DNA of 64,000 nucleotides. It comes from Cystobasidiomycetes sp. EMM_F5 (Eukaryota). Each line of letters starts with the position of its first letter. Positions within the stretch are counted from its first letter, which is position 1. The notes below the pieces were generated by a model that saw only the letters and a list, made by a program, of their open reading frames with translations, was not told the origin of the DNA and ran no database searches. Shown piece by piece: positions 24,381-36,509 of this stretch. The stretch spans positions 1-64,000 of the forward strand of contig JBPGPT010000038.1 of NCBI GenBank assembly GCA_051047955.1, in the 5' to 3' direction. The translations under genes and the position numbers were made by a program.

Positions 24381-26911
24381 CTAAACCCGCTCGATGTGGT
24401 CGTCTTCATTCTCTGCCTTCGCGGCAAAGTCGGGTTCAAGACCGGCGCTCGGCTCGCCCTCCTTCGCCGTTGCAATGCTGGCGGTCAGACCCTGTGTTTG
24501 ATAGTCTGCGAAATCAGGTTCAGCATGACGCTCCCACTCTGAAGGTAGTGCTTGGCGTGATGCTCACTGGCAAAGTCTCTAGCAGCCAGCTTCTGCTCGA
24601 ACATCTCGTCGAGATCCTCGAAAGAACGGTTGCGCGTCTCGGGCTATGTCAATCAATGAAGACTAAACGTTTGGTCGCGAACTATCAAAGGGAAACTTAC
24701 CAAACAAAAATAAATCCACGTTGCAGCAATCAGAAGAGAGCCGCCCCAGATGAATCCGTACTACACGGTTAGTGCGTCAGTACGCCAAGCAGAGTCCGGA
24801 GCATGGTGTAGCCATCTACCTTGGCACCCCAGTTAAGATTGCCTGCATTACCATTGATGAAGTACGGAGCCGTAAATGACTGCGAGGGAGAGCGGTCCTC
24901 AGTTGCAACCAAATCCTACAGGCAAGCTAACCGAGTCACATACGATGAGCCATTGACTCAGATCGCCAAATATGAAGGCCAGAGCAAATGTCTTGGACCG
25001 TAGTCTGTTGCTGGACATTTCTGCCCCTACGGTCCACGACACTGGGGCCATACTGTATGTAAAGTTTGCGTTAGTGTTGCAAAGGACAAGCGACAAGATG
25101 TTGAAGCAGACGTACAAGCCGTAATAGGCGACCGTGTAAAGCGATATCATTGCCACGAGAACTTTGCCAGTTGAGAGCGATGTTGCGTCGGCCGTATACA
25201 CAGCCGCAAGAGTAAACATGCACACGGAAGCTGCAGAGAAAGAAGAGAGCAATAGAGGTCGACGACCAATGTATCGTGTGAGGATCAGTCCGAGAATTCC
25301 TCCAATGCTCCCGCACACTCCTTTAGAGACGAGGGTGGCAATAAATGGCGTGGGGTTCTTCAATCCGGTAACCTGGAAGAAGTCTATGGGTTGAGTCAGC
25401 GTCAGCTTGTCAGAGTGGAGCCTCAAACGAAACCCAGATTCACATGTAGAATAGCCGCTCAAAAACGCATTCTGGAACGTTGAAGTCAGCATTGCACACG
25501 AAACAGGGTTTGACGAAAACAAGCCTACACCTGTCGCTCCGGGAAGCATGATGCAACCAATAGCCAGAAGTGTTCGCCGCAAATTTGTCCCGCGGAAAAG
25601 GTCAACATATGATGCTCCAGCAGCCAGCTGTCTCTCATGCTCAACGCCAGTCACCATCGCTTCTAGCTCCTCCTCGACGTATTGGGCTTGAGGGCCAGTA
25701 CCTCTAAGGCGTATGAGAGCATTGCGTGCCTTGTCGTGCTTACCAGCCACGGTGAGCCATCGAGGGCTGGACAATCGTCAGCTCCTCATGCTTCCGCGAA
25801 AGTAATATACGCGCGTCACAGACCTCTCGGGGATGAACCAGGTCACGAGAAACAAACCTGCGCCGGCGTTAAAATCATGATTCGAAGGAGAGCCAGAGAT
25901 GCAAACCATCACTCACCCGCCGGTATTATGAAGCACACTGACAGCTGTACTTGATAATCCTGCTTTGAAGTACTACTGGCGTATGCATTGCTGACGAACG
26001 CGCCCACTAGCACTCCGAAGCCAGTAAAGGTTTGAAATAACTGGCTCATCGAACTCCGCTGCATCGCAGGCATCCTTCAGCCGGACACATGACATGCTGA
26101 AGAGCAACCAAGGGCAGCTCACCAGATGTGGAGGAGCTATCTCGGCCGAGTACACGATTGCTGCAAGTCAAGGCATGATCGTCAGTAATGCGGAATGGCA
26201 TGGTGTAAGTCACAAAATTAGTATAGTTGGAGGAAGGGCATCAGTTCAACATACCGTTCATGTAATTGAGCACATTCTGTGACGGCAGGGAGACAGCACG
26301 TTTGCCTGAGTAAGCTATACTATCGTCGTTGTCAATGCATAGGGATGGTACGCACGGATCCGCCAATAATAGTACGGCCAGCATAAATAGCAGCTCTCGA
26401 AGTGCCGAAGACTTGTAGGAGTAACGCAAGCACTCCGAGGTAAGACGAAAGTCTTACTAATTCCAACCGTCCAAACCTTTTCGACAGTACGGCGAAGAGA
26501 ACAGCAATGATAATTTGGCCAACGTAACCCAGAGAAGCGATGAGTTGTTGGAAGGTGCGATTAATTACATAGGTCCCTGTGCTAGTCTGGTCTCCGAAAA
26601 GCTTCAAGCTAACGCGACGGTAACATTACTCTCAGTCTGGGTCTGGAAAACGCGAAGCGGAGCAAGCGGCAGCAGCTTACAACCCGGATTGAGCCTGGAA
26701 ACCGGCAATGATAGTATTGTCGAAACCGAACTCTATGATATGGAAGGCCTGTATCAATTGTGACGAATTGCTGTATTATAAAAGTAGAGCGCTCACGGAA
26801 AGGTCCTGCAGCAATCATCAAAGCGATCAAGTACGCTTTGCGATTCTGCCATAGGGTAGTCTCATAGTAGGCCTGTGGCAGAAGTGTCGTGCCTGCATGC
26901 GATGCGTGCAT
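24381..26911 (-). CDS. MFS sugar porter (maltose/alpha-glucoside permease-like)
   Basis: LSKRFGR, YSAEIAPPHL(RG), IPESPRWL, SYVDLFRGTNLRRT, YIGRRPLLL, VGAEMSSNRLRSKT, PETRNRSFEDLDEMF. Confidence 0.92.
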
Positions 26912-27452
26912 ATTTATTCGGTTTGATGTAAGAAGTTGTCGATGTCGTCTTGTGCTATCTGACTGCGGATGTGTAAGGAGGTGTAGAAACGCAACAGAAG
27001 ACGGATCAAACGACAAGCTTTAGAAGACAACGAGCGGGGTTGGGTGTGTCTCGCGATTGTGCGAGGTCCAGAAGTGAAGGCCGGACGGGGTAAACCATGG
27101 GGTAACGTGGCATGAGCGCGAAGAGCGAGTGGTTATCATGACACCCAAGCTCGCCGTAAATGCCGTGCTGTGAGGCTTCGTCTCCGGCTGAGCCCCGTCG
27201 AAGCTTGAGTCGGGACTCGGACAGCGTGCTGCCATCCCGTGGGTGAACGGCATTCACGATGTACAGCGCTGTACATGAACCCCGACCACAATCATGTGCG
27301 ACATTCTATGCCTGACTGGCTGTCTAAGCAGTCCGAATCCGAGTGCACGTAGCTACGGTAACATCGATGCACGACGCAAAACCCCACAGAATCGCATCTC
27401 TTGACCAGCAGCATACTTTTGCTCAAGTTGGCTGTTATCATCCCACCGTGGC

Positions 27453-28654
27453 ATGCAGCTGGTTGGCTTCGTCAAGAAGGAAATAGCGGTCGACTCCGCC
27501 GGGACAACGCTCAGCTACTTCGACGCAGAAGGTCCGAGCGAACGGGTCCTAGTCTGTCTACATGGAATTCTTTATCGCAGCCGTAAGTTGTTTTCGGATG
27601 GAAGGCCCTTTGCACTTTACATCGCCCTGTATAAGCTGACAGCTCCGGTGCGCTGCTATTTGTGCAGCTATCTTTGAGAGACTCCTGCCTTTCGCCAAGC
27701 TGGCAGGAGTGAGATTGGTGCTGCTTGACAGAAGAGGTTATGGCGATTCTACCGACGTACCCCAAGCCGAAGTGGAATGTTCTTTCGACGGATCCGCAAC
27801 GGCTGCGGACGTGCTGGCGTTCCAAGGGAGACGTGCAAACGAGGTTGCGGAGTTTCTTCTCCGATTCGCAGCGCTAGAAGGTATCAACTCTAGGCGCCTA
27901 ACTCTGCTGAGTTGGTCTGCTGGCGCACGCATCTTGGTTAGTTTGCTAGCTTCGCAGGATCTTCAGAAGCTAGACAGTATTCTTGCTTCCCTGATTCTTT
28001 GGGGTTAGTCACGGCTGCATCCCGACTCTCACTTTGCATCGCAAGATCTAACTACCGTTGATGATTGCTCCCTCCTATCGTCCAGAAATGCCGTACAATG
28101 CTTTAGGCGTCAGTGCGCCTGCACAGGCATGGAATCCCTTGCATGATCTGTCCATTCCACAAGATGAGCGATTCCAAAAATTTGCGGGCTGGTGTTCAGG
28201 GTACTTCCGACATCCTGGCAGCGACGCCAGTGATGCAAGCTCTCTGGAATATCGTCGATACGAGCCAGAACCGCAGCCCACCATATTTACGATGAGCAAA
28301 GTGGACCTCAGTCGCGTCCAGGATACTCGGGCATCGCGATCATACGAGATTCGCATGTCAAACAGAGCGAAAGCAACAGGGTCCAGTTTAGTGGAGACTG
28401 AAAAAGCCTTCTTGCTGACAGCCACTCACAAGCCGTACTTTGAAAATGTCAAAATCACGGTTCTGTGGGCTCAGCAGACGGAGTGGGAAGTGCATTGGGC
28501 TGCTGAAGCGTTACGGGCGCTGCTGATTCATGCCAAAGCGCAGCACAACAGCCAATGCCGAGCAGTGCAGTTCGTAAAGCTGGCTAGTGGTAACCACTTC
28601 CTTCATTGGGCAGATCCAGGCAGCTGTATGGCTGCATTTAAGGCTGCCATGTAA
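27453..28654 (+). CDS. Alpha/beta-hydrolase fold protein
   Basis: LVCLHG, LLDRRGYGDST, nucleophile elbow LSWSAG, C-terminal GNHFLHWADP; two introns. Confidence 0.85.
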
Positions 28655-29133
28655 TGATGATTCGACCGGCCTGCATAGTCTGGAGCAAGGCTGGCCGTAG
28701 AATGATACAGGCACCATGTGTATCATTAGCACATCAATGAATACACACACGCAGTGTTTCTCTGAGGATCCTGTGCTCGTAGGGCATATTTACACAACAT
28801 CAGTGTGTTATTGCGCTGCGGATTAGATGCCCGACAGTCCCCACAAGAATTCGAACGCAAAGACCGGAAAGTGATGAGAGTATAGGTTGGCTATCGATCA
28901 TTTCACAAGCTCCGAGCATATGAGTCTCTTCTGTGCAGCAGCCCGCTTGAGCTAGACAAGTATGTCGCCACCTGTATCGGCACTCAAGTGCCGGTCGCCT
29001 AGAGGCCGGTCGGTCTAGACTTGCGATGTTCGAGCGCCGGATCCGCAGGCTATTGAGAACCGAGTGAATGCTTCACTGCGGTTGTGGTTTGATCACGACG
29101 TCCCTTGTCCCTCCGCTCCTAACTACCCTAATC

Positions 29134-30250
29134 ATGGCTCCTGCATTGAGCACAGAACGCGACCATAGTGGAAACAACTTATCAGCTAATGGTAGTGCGG
29201 GGCAGCACGGTTTATTCTACTGCGGCGGCACTGCAGTAATCACAGGCGGAGATGGCTGCATCGGGTTAGCCATCGTAGAAGGTTTGGCTCGATCTGGCAC
29301 AGACATCATAAGCTTACAACTCGATGCCAACACCCGAGTCAGCGAAATAACCGCCAGACATGGCCGTAGCTGCGCAATCTATATCTGCGATCAGCGCGAT
29401 CCCAAAGCTGTTGATGCTGCCTTTCCTAAGATTCTAGCGGATGGACATGAACCAACTATTTTCGTCAGCTGGTGAGCCAAGTAGATCTCCTCTCCTGCGA
29501 TGCTGACTTTAGCTTGATGTATCGCGGAGTGCTGGACTGCAACGACGAGGATCCATCCAGGACTGCCCTCGCGCGTGGCTCCTAGACTTACTGGAAGTGA
29601 ACACTATCAGCCAATTCATTCTAGCTAGGGATTTTGCAAGTTACCGTACCTCAGTTTGGAACGCGCTTAATAAAGCACAGCAAGAAGACCAATTGCACCA
29701 CTCACGTCACAGTAACGGCAAACTCATCTTCATCGCATCTATGCAGGCTTACACTGGCGGTAGCAACGTTACAGGCTAGTAAGTGGAATAGTGCCCTTAT
29801 GCACACGACGAGCCTTGACAGATTGCGTCTGCCAACAGCGCGACGTCAAAAGCGGCCGTACTGGGCACAGTCCGCGCCTTTTCCAACGAGTTTGCACCCT
29901 TCAATATCCAGACCAATGCCATAGCCCCTGGGTTAGTGGATACCGACTTCGTTGCCGCACTCAAATCTGCCCCTGGATTCAATGAAAAGGCTTTAGCGCG
30001 CATTCCAGCGAAGCGATGGGGAACACCTGGTGAGCGTGACAGCAAGTTTGTGTGCTGTTGCGCGCAACGTCTGGTGCAGAGGAGAAACTGAGACTCGCAT
30101 ACAGCTGACTATATGGGAGCAGCCGTCTTCTTGGCGAGCACCGCGAGCAACTACAGTAGGTCATTGAGCAGCGGGTCTTTCCGCACAGCTGACAATCCTG
30201 AAGTGTCCGGCCAATCTATCGTAATTGACGGTGGACGTCTAGCTTTCTAG
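29134..30250 (+). CDS. Short-chain dehydrogenase/reductase, KduD (2-keto-3-deoxygluconate dehydrogenase)/gluconate 5-dehydrogenase-like; possibly decaying
   Basis: AVITGGDGCIG, VSCAG, GKLIFIASM, spliced GYATSKAA, NAIAPG.VDTD, ARIPAKRWGTP, GAAVFLAS.ASNYMSGQSIVIDGG. Confidence 0.85.
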
Positions 30251-30457
30251 GCACTGTGCTTGCGTGACAGGGGGCCGGTCGAACCCCTTGATTGATCTTC
30301 AGTAGTGGGCAATTACAGGTTATTGTTTTAGCATACATGGCGCCTCCTGAGGTCGCGGATACTGTAAGCCACATGCTCGAAAGGTTTAGCGTCGCCTTCC
30401 GTATCACAGCGCGAGTAGCTATGCCTCGCCAATACCACTGTCGTAGTGTTTGAACAC

Positions 30458-31020
30458 CGGGAAGTTGCTCAAGTCCCCGTCCGGCCGATGGAAAATCCGG
30501 CTCGTTCATACAACTACAGGCTATCGGCGTGGTGCTTCCCACTGTGTCGCTGCGATACTGTGGACGCACGCCATGCTGTCCCACGGAGCTATATTTACAG
30601 GGATTGCCATGGTCGCTATGGTGTCCCAAGGTGCCGATGTTCCGGTCATCTGCTGCTGCAAACTTTACAATTTCAGCGACTGCGTCATGCTTGACAGCAT
30701 ACTGGCAGCGGAAAGAGGTAAAGAAGGCCAGGAATTACGATTGATGCGATTCATCTGACTAATGCCTAACGAACTGTAAAGGCTCATTAAAGCGGACATC
30801 TTGAATGGCGAATGGCGATGAACAGAATGTCGAATGCACATATCGGAGTCCTCAGTCTGTATGGCGTGTCAGGTTCGAAGGACGTTATAATTACGGCATT
30901 AGTCACAGAGACAGCCATTATGCCCGAGCAATCCATTCCGTTCATTCTGATGGGGCACAACACATCAAACGTGGGCGGTTCACAGCGTTGATGTCATCAC
31001 GCACGGCTCTATGAGCCGAG
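30458..31020 (+). pseudogene. Degenerate copy of the 3' part of eIF2B-delta (last two exons, intron and start of 3' UTR)
   Basis: Colinear with ~18768-19330 (e.g. GCTATCGGCGT.GTGCTTCCCACTGTGTCG, CCGGTCATCTG.TGCTGC, GAAAGAGGTAAAG, AGTCACAGAGAC), with 1-nt indels, a 6-nt deletion and the stop lost (TGA>TCA). Confidence 0.92.
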
Positions 31021-31111
31021 ATGTCGGGTATTTAGGTACGCGTAGGCATGGCTCAATGCGGATTCCGCGTTATACAGGCGAGACGAAGGAAGAGTTATGA
31101 TTATTTGTGCT

Positions 31112-32981
31112 TCAAAGGGGTGGGGTAGCATGCGCTTGCAATAATCCGATGTGCGAGAAGGCGATTCCCGTTGCTAGCCAAATTCCTAGTTCCGGGTGCT
31201 CTGGGCTGCGCACCGGTTGGTATGTTGCGACTTTGACTATAGCATTACCAGCGTGATGCATCGCGACCTTCTCGGCCAGTGCTCGGATCGCAGATGCTCG
31301 ACCCATGATGCCAACCTCGCGTGTCAATTCAGCATACGCAGGATCGGGGAACGTCGCTAGTGTTTTTGTCGAGCACACAACACCCTTTTCCCAGATGGGA
31401 ACGCCGACTATACGCTGAGTAAGTAACAAGCACCGTTGTGAGGCAAGATGACCTACAGTCCGATTCGTCCGTAATATGTATTACATCTCCATTCTGGGTC
31501 GTAAGGCTTGCCACAGGTTGTCCGTTGCCTGCGAGACTGATCACAACCAACCGAGTGGTCTCGGCTCCATCACGACGCATTGTACGGCTTGCATCAGCAG
31601 AAGCTCCCGACGGCGCGTGTGTGAGTGCTGTGGGATCTGATTCTGGCTGGCGTCTGGGTCTGAAAGTATCACCTTGCCCGTTCGGGGTGTGATGCGGGCG
31701 GTTGGTAGTAGAGACTTCCGCCAGCGGAGATGAGGTGGTTTCGCGAGTTGCGTCAATGAGCTGCAGTAGCCGCATGTTGACACTCGCAGCCAGAACTGGA
31801 TTGCTGCTGTCGGCATCCGAGAGCATTTGTGTCTTCGATAATCTAGTGCAGTAACCAGGTTCTAACGTTGTGACAGGTATTGGTGATTCAGCGATTGCAG
31901 CTATGTCTGCACGTGGATGGGCAGCCTGGGTACGTTCGTGATGATTGCTAGCATCTACAATAGGTCTAACCTTAGCGCCTTCGGAGCGAGTTGCAGCTGC
32001 AGCTTTGGTGTGCTGTTCTCGGAGTGCCTTCAGCCGCTGTGTAAGGGCGATGAGCGAGTATGATCATGGACAGACCAAACATGTAACTAACCGCTGTATA
32101 GGCTTCTTCTTTTAATTTTTCGACAGTCAACTTGTCCTCCATAAACCTTTCCCGTAATGTAGAAGATGAAGATATGTCGTCAACGAGCGGAATCGGTTGC
32201 AGGACTCTATTAGTCTGATAGTCGGCAAGTCTCTGTGAATGTGCGTGAGATATCGGAGGCGGAGGCAGCCGGGCAGAGCACTATGAGCCTCGCTACTGTG
32301 TCTACGTAGGAGACTTACCTTTTCATATGCTTCCATTGCGGCTTTCCGGCGCTCTCTCTCGAACTTTTCGCTTTCAAGACGGATCAGACTGCGCTCTTTC
32401 GCACGTGCTGCGTTCTCTGCGGCCTGTTCAACCGCTGAAGCTTTAGACAACGCTGTACAATCTGGAAGGATCTTCACACCTTGACTTCGCGACGGAATTG
32501 CTCCTCTGCGCGCTTCTCCGCAAGGGTCAGGGCTTTCTCTCGCGCTACTTCCCTCTCCTGAACGAGCTTTTCCGCATGTGAGGCTATTTTTGCGTGTCTT
32601 TGCTCTTCTTTTGCAATTTTCTGACGCTTTTTTCTTTCTTCTTTGGCTGCCTTCCTAAGCTCGCCCTGTTCGAGCTTATCCTTCTTCTCTTGCTCACGCC
32701 GCTCCTTTTGAAGTTGCTTTTTGGCCTCAGTTGCAGCGCGCTCTGCATCCCGTACAGCATTGAGACGGTCCAGCTCTGCTTTACGTCGCTCAGAAATAAC
32801 AGTAAGGATTGCGTCACGCTTGTCGGACGGGAGGTCCTTGCTGAGAAAGGGTTTGGTCTGGATATGCAGATTGCGGCGGCTCCACCCGTCCAAACCTTGA
32901 AAGTTGTAATTGTTCATTCCGAATCGTTGTCAGTAGAAGCATATCATGCGATCATGGGTACACACCAGATTCGTTTGCCAT
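31112..32981 (-). CDS. Hypothetical protein with K/E/R-rich coiled coil
   Basis: Probable start MANESG|LDGWSRR joined across a GT-AG intron; long charged helical exons at 32474-32900 and 32127-32470. Exon structure is uncertain. Confidence 0.5.
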
Positions 32982-33264
32982 TAGGCGCAATACGTAGAAC
33001 CCTTGGTGGCGAGAGTCGTCAGACAGGAATGCAGCTGCAAGGCGTTGAAACGGCACCGGACTGACAATGAACACTGTCAGAGACGCTTCACGTGCCCACA
33101 ATATGCGTTTGCAAGTGGTGAGCCGAATACAAGGGGCTATGTTCAGAAATTCATCGGGAGGCAACGGCGTTGTACGGCACGTGAGCTTCGATGGTGTGCA
33201 CCGACCCTCTGATAGCGAGCGTGAGAATGCGGTGTTGCTTGGGCAGAATGTAGAGTTGATTATA

Positions 33265-35033
33265 TCAGTCACTACCGCCACCCAATAGATCTCCAATACC
33301 ACTCCAGAATCCTCCGGAATCTGATGCTGCTTCGCCAGGGCTCCAAGGGTCATTCAACAGTCCGTCTTGACCGGCTTGATCGCCCCAGCCTGACCCATTG
33401 TCGTAAGAGGAGTCTCCGATACCTGGGGATTCTCCATATTCAGGCGAGGCGTAGGGTTCGTTAATTGTTGGAGAGGTATCGATATCTGCTGGTACCTGCC
33501 CGGTCGACGGAGGCACTTCGCTCGGCACGGTGCCTCCAGGCATCGGCATCCATAACATGGGCATTCCGATGCCGCCTCCGCCTTGCCGACTGAAATAGTC
33601 GATGTCTACCGTTATCGCCGTTGCCAGCAGAATTGCGCGTTGATCCAGGGTAAGTCCTCGAGTGTCTTCGTCAGGCACATGCACCATTTCTCGCGATGAT
33701 GATGAGACCTCTGCGCCCTTACTCTCCTTCCCGGCCTTACTAAGCTCCTCGTTGAGCCCAACACCTTTTTCCAACCGCTCTGTGATTTCAGCTTCAGCAA
33801 CATCCTTATCGAAACGAAGAACGTATTGGCCAGTATCTGTGAAAACCTCGCGGCCGAATCCCATGAAGTTACGATTAATAGATGCCAGCACTCGACCGCT
33901 CTCCGACTGGAGATAGAAATCCCATGCAAGAAGCCTCGCGTCAATGCTAGCGAATTGATCGTACGAATCCGTCCGGCCCTCAGTTGGGACTATAGCCAAG
34001 TTGTCCGATGTTGTCAGACCAGGTGACGACAGAAGTCGCTCTCGATGATACAACGAATACTTTCGTCTGTATGGGTGCCATACTTGTTGACATTCTCCGA
34101 TTTTGTTCTCAGGCGAAGCTTCCTCTGGACCTCGATACACACTGATGCGCGAGTTGATGACGGAAAACGGTCGCTCGACCCGCAGGACAACATTGCCCAC
34201 TAAGTCCAAAACTACGCAAGAGAAAGCTGCGGTCATATTCGGCAAAATTAGCATTGTCGGATTGATAACATGAGTTGGTAAGACCAACGTCGATGTCCGC
34301 GCATGACTTGACGACCTATGGCACGGCCGAAACCACCTTCTGACTCGGCTAGGTATCCCACATCCTCACCTTGAGGGTTGACGAGCCGGTATCGATTAGC
34401 CTAAAATGTCGAATGCTTAGCAATTGCCTGCTATTCCAACAATATCTCCTCACTTGCTCGTAGCCCAAGAGCACGTTCATCATCTCGATTTGTCGCACAA
34501 CAACCAGTGCTGGCTGGGAAAGCATTTCGGCTGCAGAATGCGTCACATCCAGTAAATCGCCGGGCAGAGACGGCGGAGGCTTCCCTTCTAGTGCTTCGAT
34601 ACCGTTGACTGGTACATACTGATCAATGCCACCGAAGAAGGACTGGCTTGCTGTAGCTGTTGAAGTAGGCGTCTTTGCGGAGTTGTTCGCTTCCGTGACA
34701 TCAAATCGAGACCGCTGACGAGAGAGGGCATGAACATGGTGTGGTGAAGCTGGTTGTGACAATGTTGGCGTTTGTGCAGGAACTGATGACTTCCCGATTA
34801 TACTGCTCGGTTTACGTAATTGCGTCGTTGATGGATCCCGGACGCGAGACAATCGACTTCCTGCACAGACGGCATGGTTAGCTCGGGATTGGTTTGGGCT
34901 GTTTACAAGTTCAGGGCTTACCGGGCCGTCTTTTATCAAAGGATCTGGAGGATGCATACTTTCTCACTTGAAATTGTTGCAATGACCGAGGAAGCGCAGT
35001 GGTCTGTCCATGGGTCGTTAGAAGGCGTCGCAT
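33265..35033 (-). CDS. AIM25: Mitochondrial phospholipid scramblase family protein
   Basis: LVVVRQIEMMNVLLGYEQ/ANRY, VERPFSVINS, IGECQQVWHPYRRKY, INRNFMGFGREVFTDTGQYVLRFD, LTLDQRAILLATAITVDIDYFSR; Arg-rich N-terminus. Confidence 0.92.
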
Positions 35034-35355
35034 GTGCGTATTGGAATCGACGTGTTGCTTCACAGAGAATAGGTGTAGTGCTAGCGAAGCAGACGAAAGT
35101 ACTGTGGTTGAGTCAAGGCCCCATCGCCTTTTGTTGATGCTCACGTGGTTGCTCCTAAGTACTTCAAATTCCTCTAGGTACTATACGCTACATAAATGGT
35201 GAAGTGGCCTTCTGCATGGAAAGTATTACAACCTACTTTGCGTATGAATACGCCATGAGATACAAACGTTTCAGAAGCGCGATGTTGTTGTAACGCCGCT
35301 GTGTGACCGAAGAAGTCCCATGAAGAAGGATACGCGCCGTCAATACTTGAATACC

Positions 35356-36314
35356 CTAGTCGTGACGATAGTCATTACTCTTGGACAAACGTTCCGGGCT
35401 GCGACTGCGGCTTCGGCTTCGTTTGCGGGCTCGACTGCGGTGAGGACTTCTGCTTCTTCTCCTTACACTTTTTTGGGCATCGCTTTCCGGGCTGCGACTT
35501 CGCGACGCACGAGATCTGCGATCCAATACATCGGTACCCCGGTTGCTGCGGTCTGAACGAGACCTTTCCTTTTGAGCTCTGCGTTCTTCCCGCGCCCTAT
35601 GCCGCCCTTCTTTACGTGCCGCTTTCTCGAGACGCTTTTGCTCCTTTTCCGCATGTCGCTGGCGCCGTATTTCGTCAGTGTCATTTACAGCATCGTCTTC
35701 ACCCTCGGATCGGCGGGGCGTGGGAGCGTAACCTCTGTGAATGTGCCGTTAGATGGTAATGCGATAAACAGCAGACCTTACTGCATATCCGTAGATACTT
35801 ACAGAGCGACTGCCAGTGCATCCTCTTCGGCTTGCTTGATCTTCTTCAACTCTTGCGCGCGGGCATCACTACCACTTTGCTGCTCCTTATTGTACCAGTT
35901 GACATCCTTGTTTTCTGGAAGGTCAGGCTTCGTCAGATAGTATGAAACAGGCTGAGCACTGCAAGACTTGCTCTGCCACCGGCCAGCTGGCGCTAGAACT
36001 GAATGGCCTAGGTAGTTCTGCAACGACGGGTCAGTGAGACTTACATCTTGGCCGGGACAATGCTTTACCTCTCGGTCTTTGTCTGTCACTACATTGCTCC
36101 ACTTGAATTCTGCTTGTCCACCGCGTGTCTGGGCAGATTTCGTGATACGCATCAGCCAAATCGCCCGAATTCCGCATCATCACGTATTCCATTGGCCCTT
36201 CCACTCACGCCGCCTGAGTAACGAAGGAACCCGGTCAGAACGCTCGCTCTCGATGATCACAATCACAGTAGTGAGCAGCTCACCACGTATAGGTTCACCA
36301 CGAATGCCGGCCAT
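35356..36314 (-). CDS. MMTAG2/C1orf35-like protein with RS-rich tail
   Basis: TRGGQAEFKW..V..DKDRENYLGHSVLAPAGRWQ..NKDVNWY, ELKKIKQAEEDALAVAL; C-terminal RSRSP repeats. Confidence 0.87.
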
Positions 36315-36509
36315 GTGTTGGAATCGGGGCAGGCCAAGTGTGACTCCGTAGAGGCGGCATCAAGTATGAGGGTAATCGGATGGGCAAAAGGAGCTTTGGA
36401 AAGGAACCATATACGGCTATAATTGTACATTCGTGTTGAGTTTGTTTTCTGTGTCTAGTCGGAAGCACATTGTTTACAGCCCCCCGGTCACGTTGATCAA
36501 TACCCCGAT

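Noticed and set aside
28653..28765. ATGATGA...CTGA pair resembling a C/D box snoRNA
   Set aside because: It overlaps the hydrolase stop codon and 3' UTR, with no terminal stem or recognisable rRNA guide; likely chance.
21280..29050. CGGATCCG as a shared motif for cluster 2
   Set aside because: Copies fall in coding sequence or introns as often as in promoters, with no consistent position.
30458..31020. Second functional eIF2B-delta gene, or an LTR
   Set aside because: Frameshifts and a missing 5' two-thirds rule out a functional gene; no TG..CA ends or gag/pol between the repeats.
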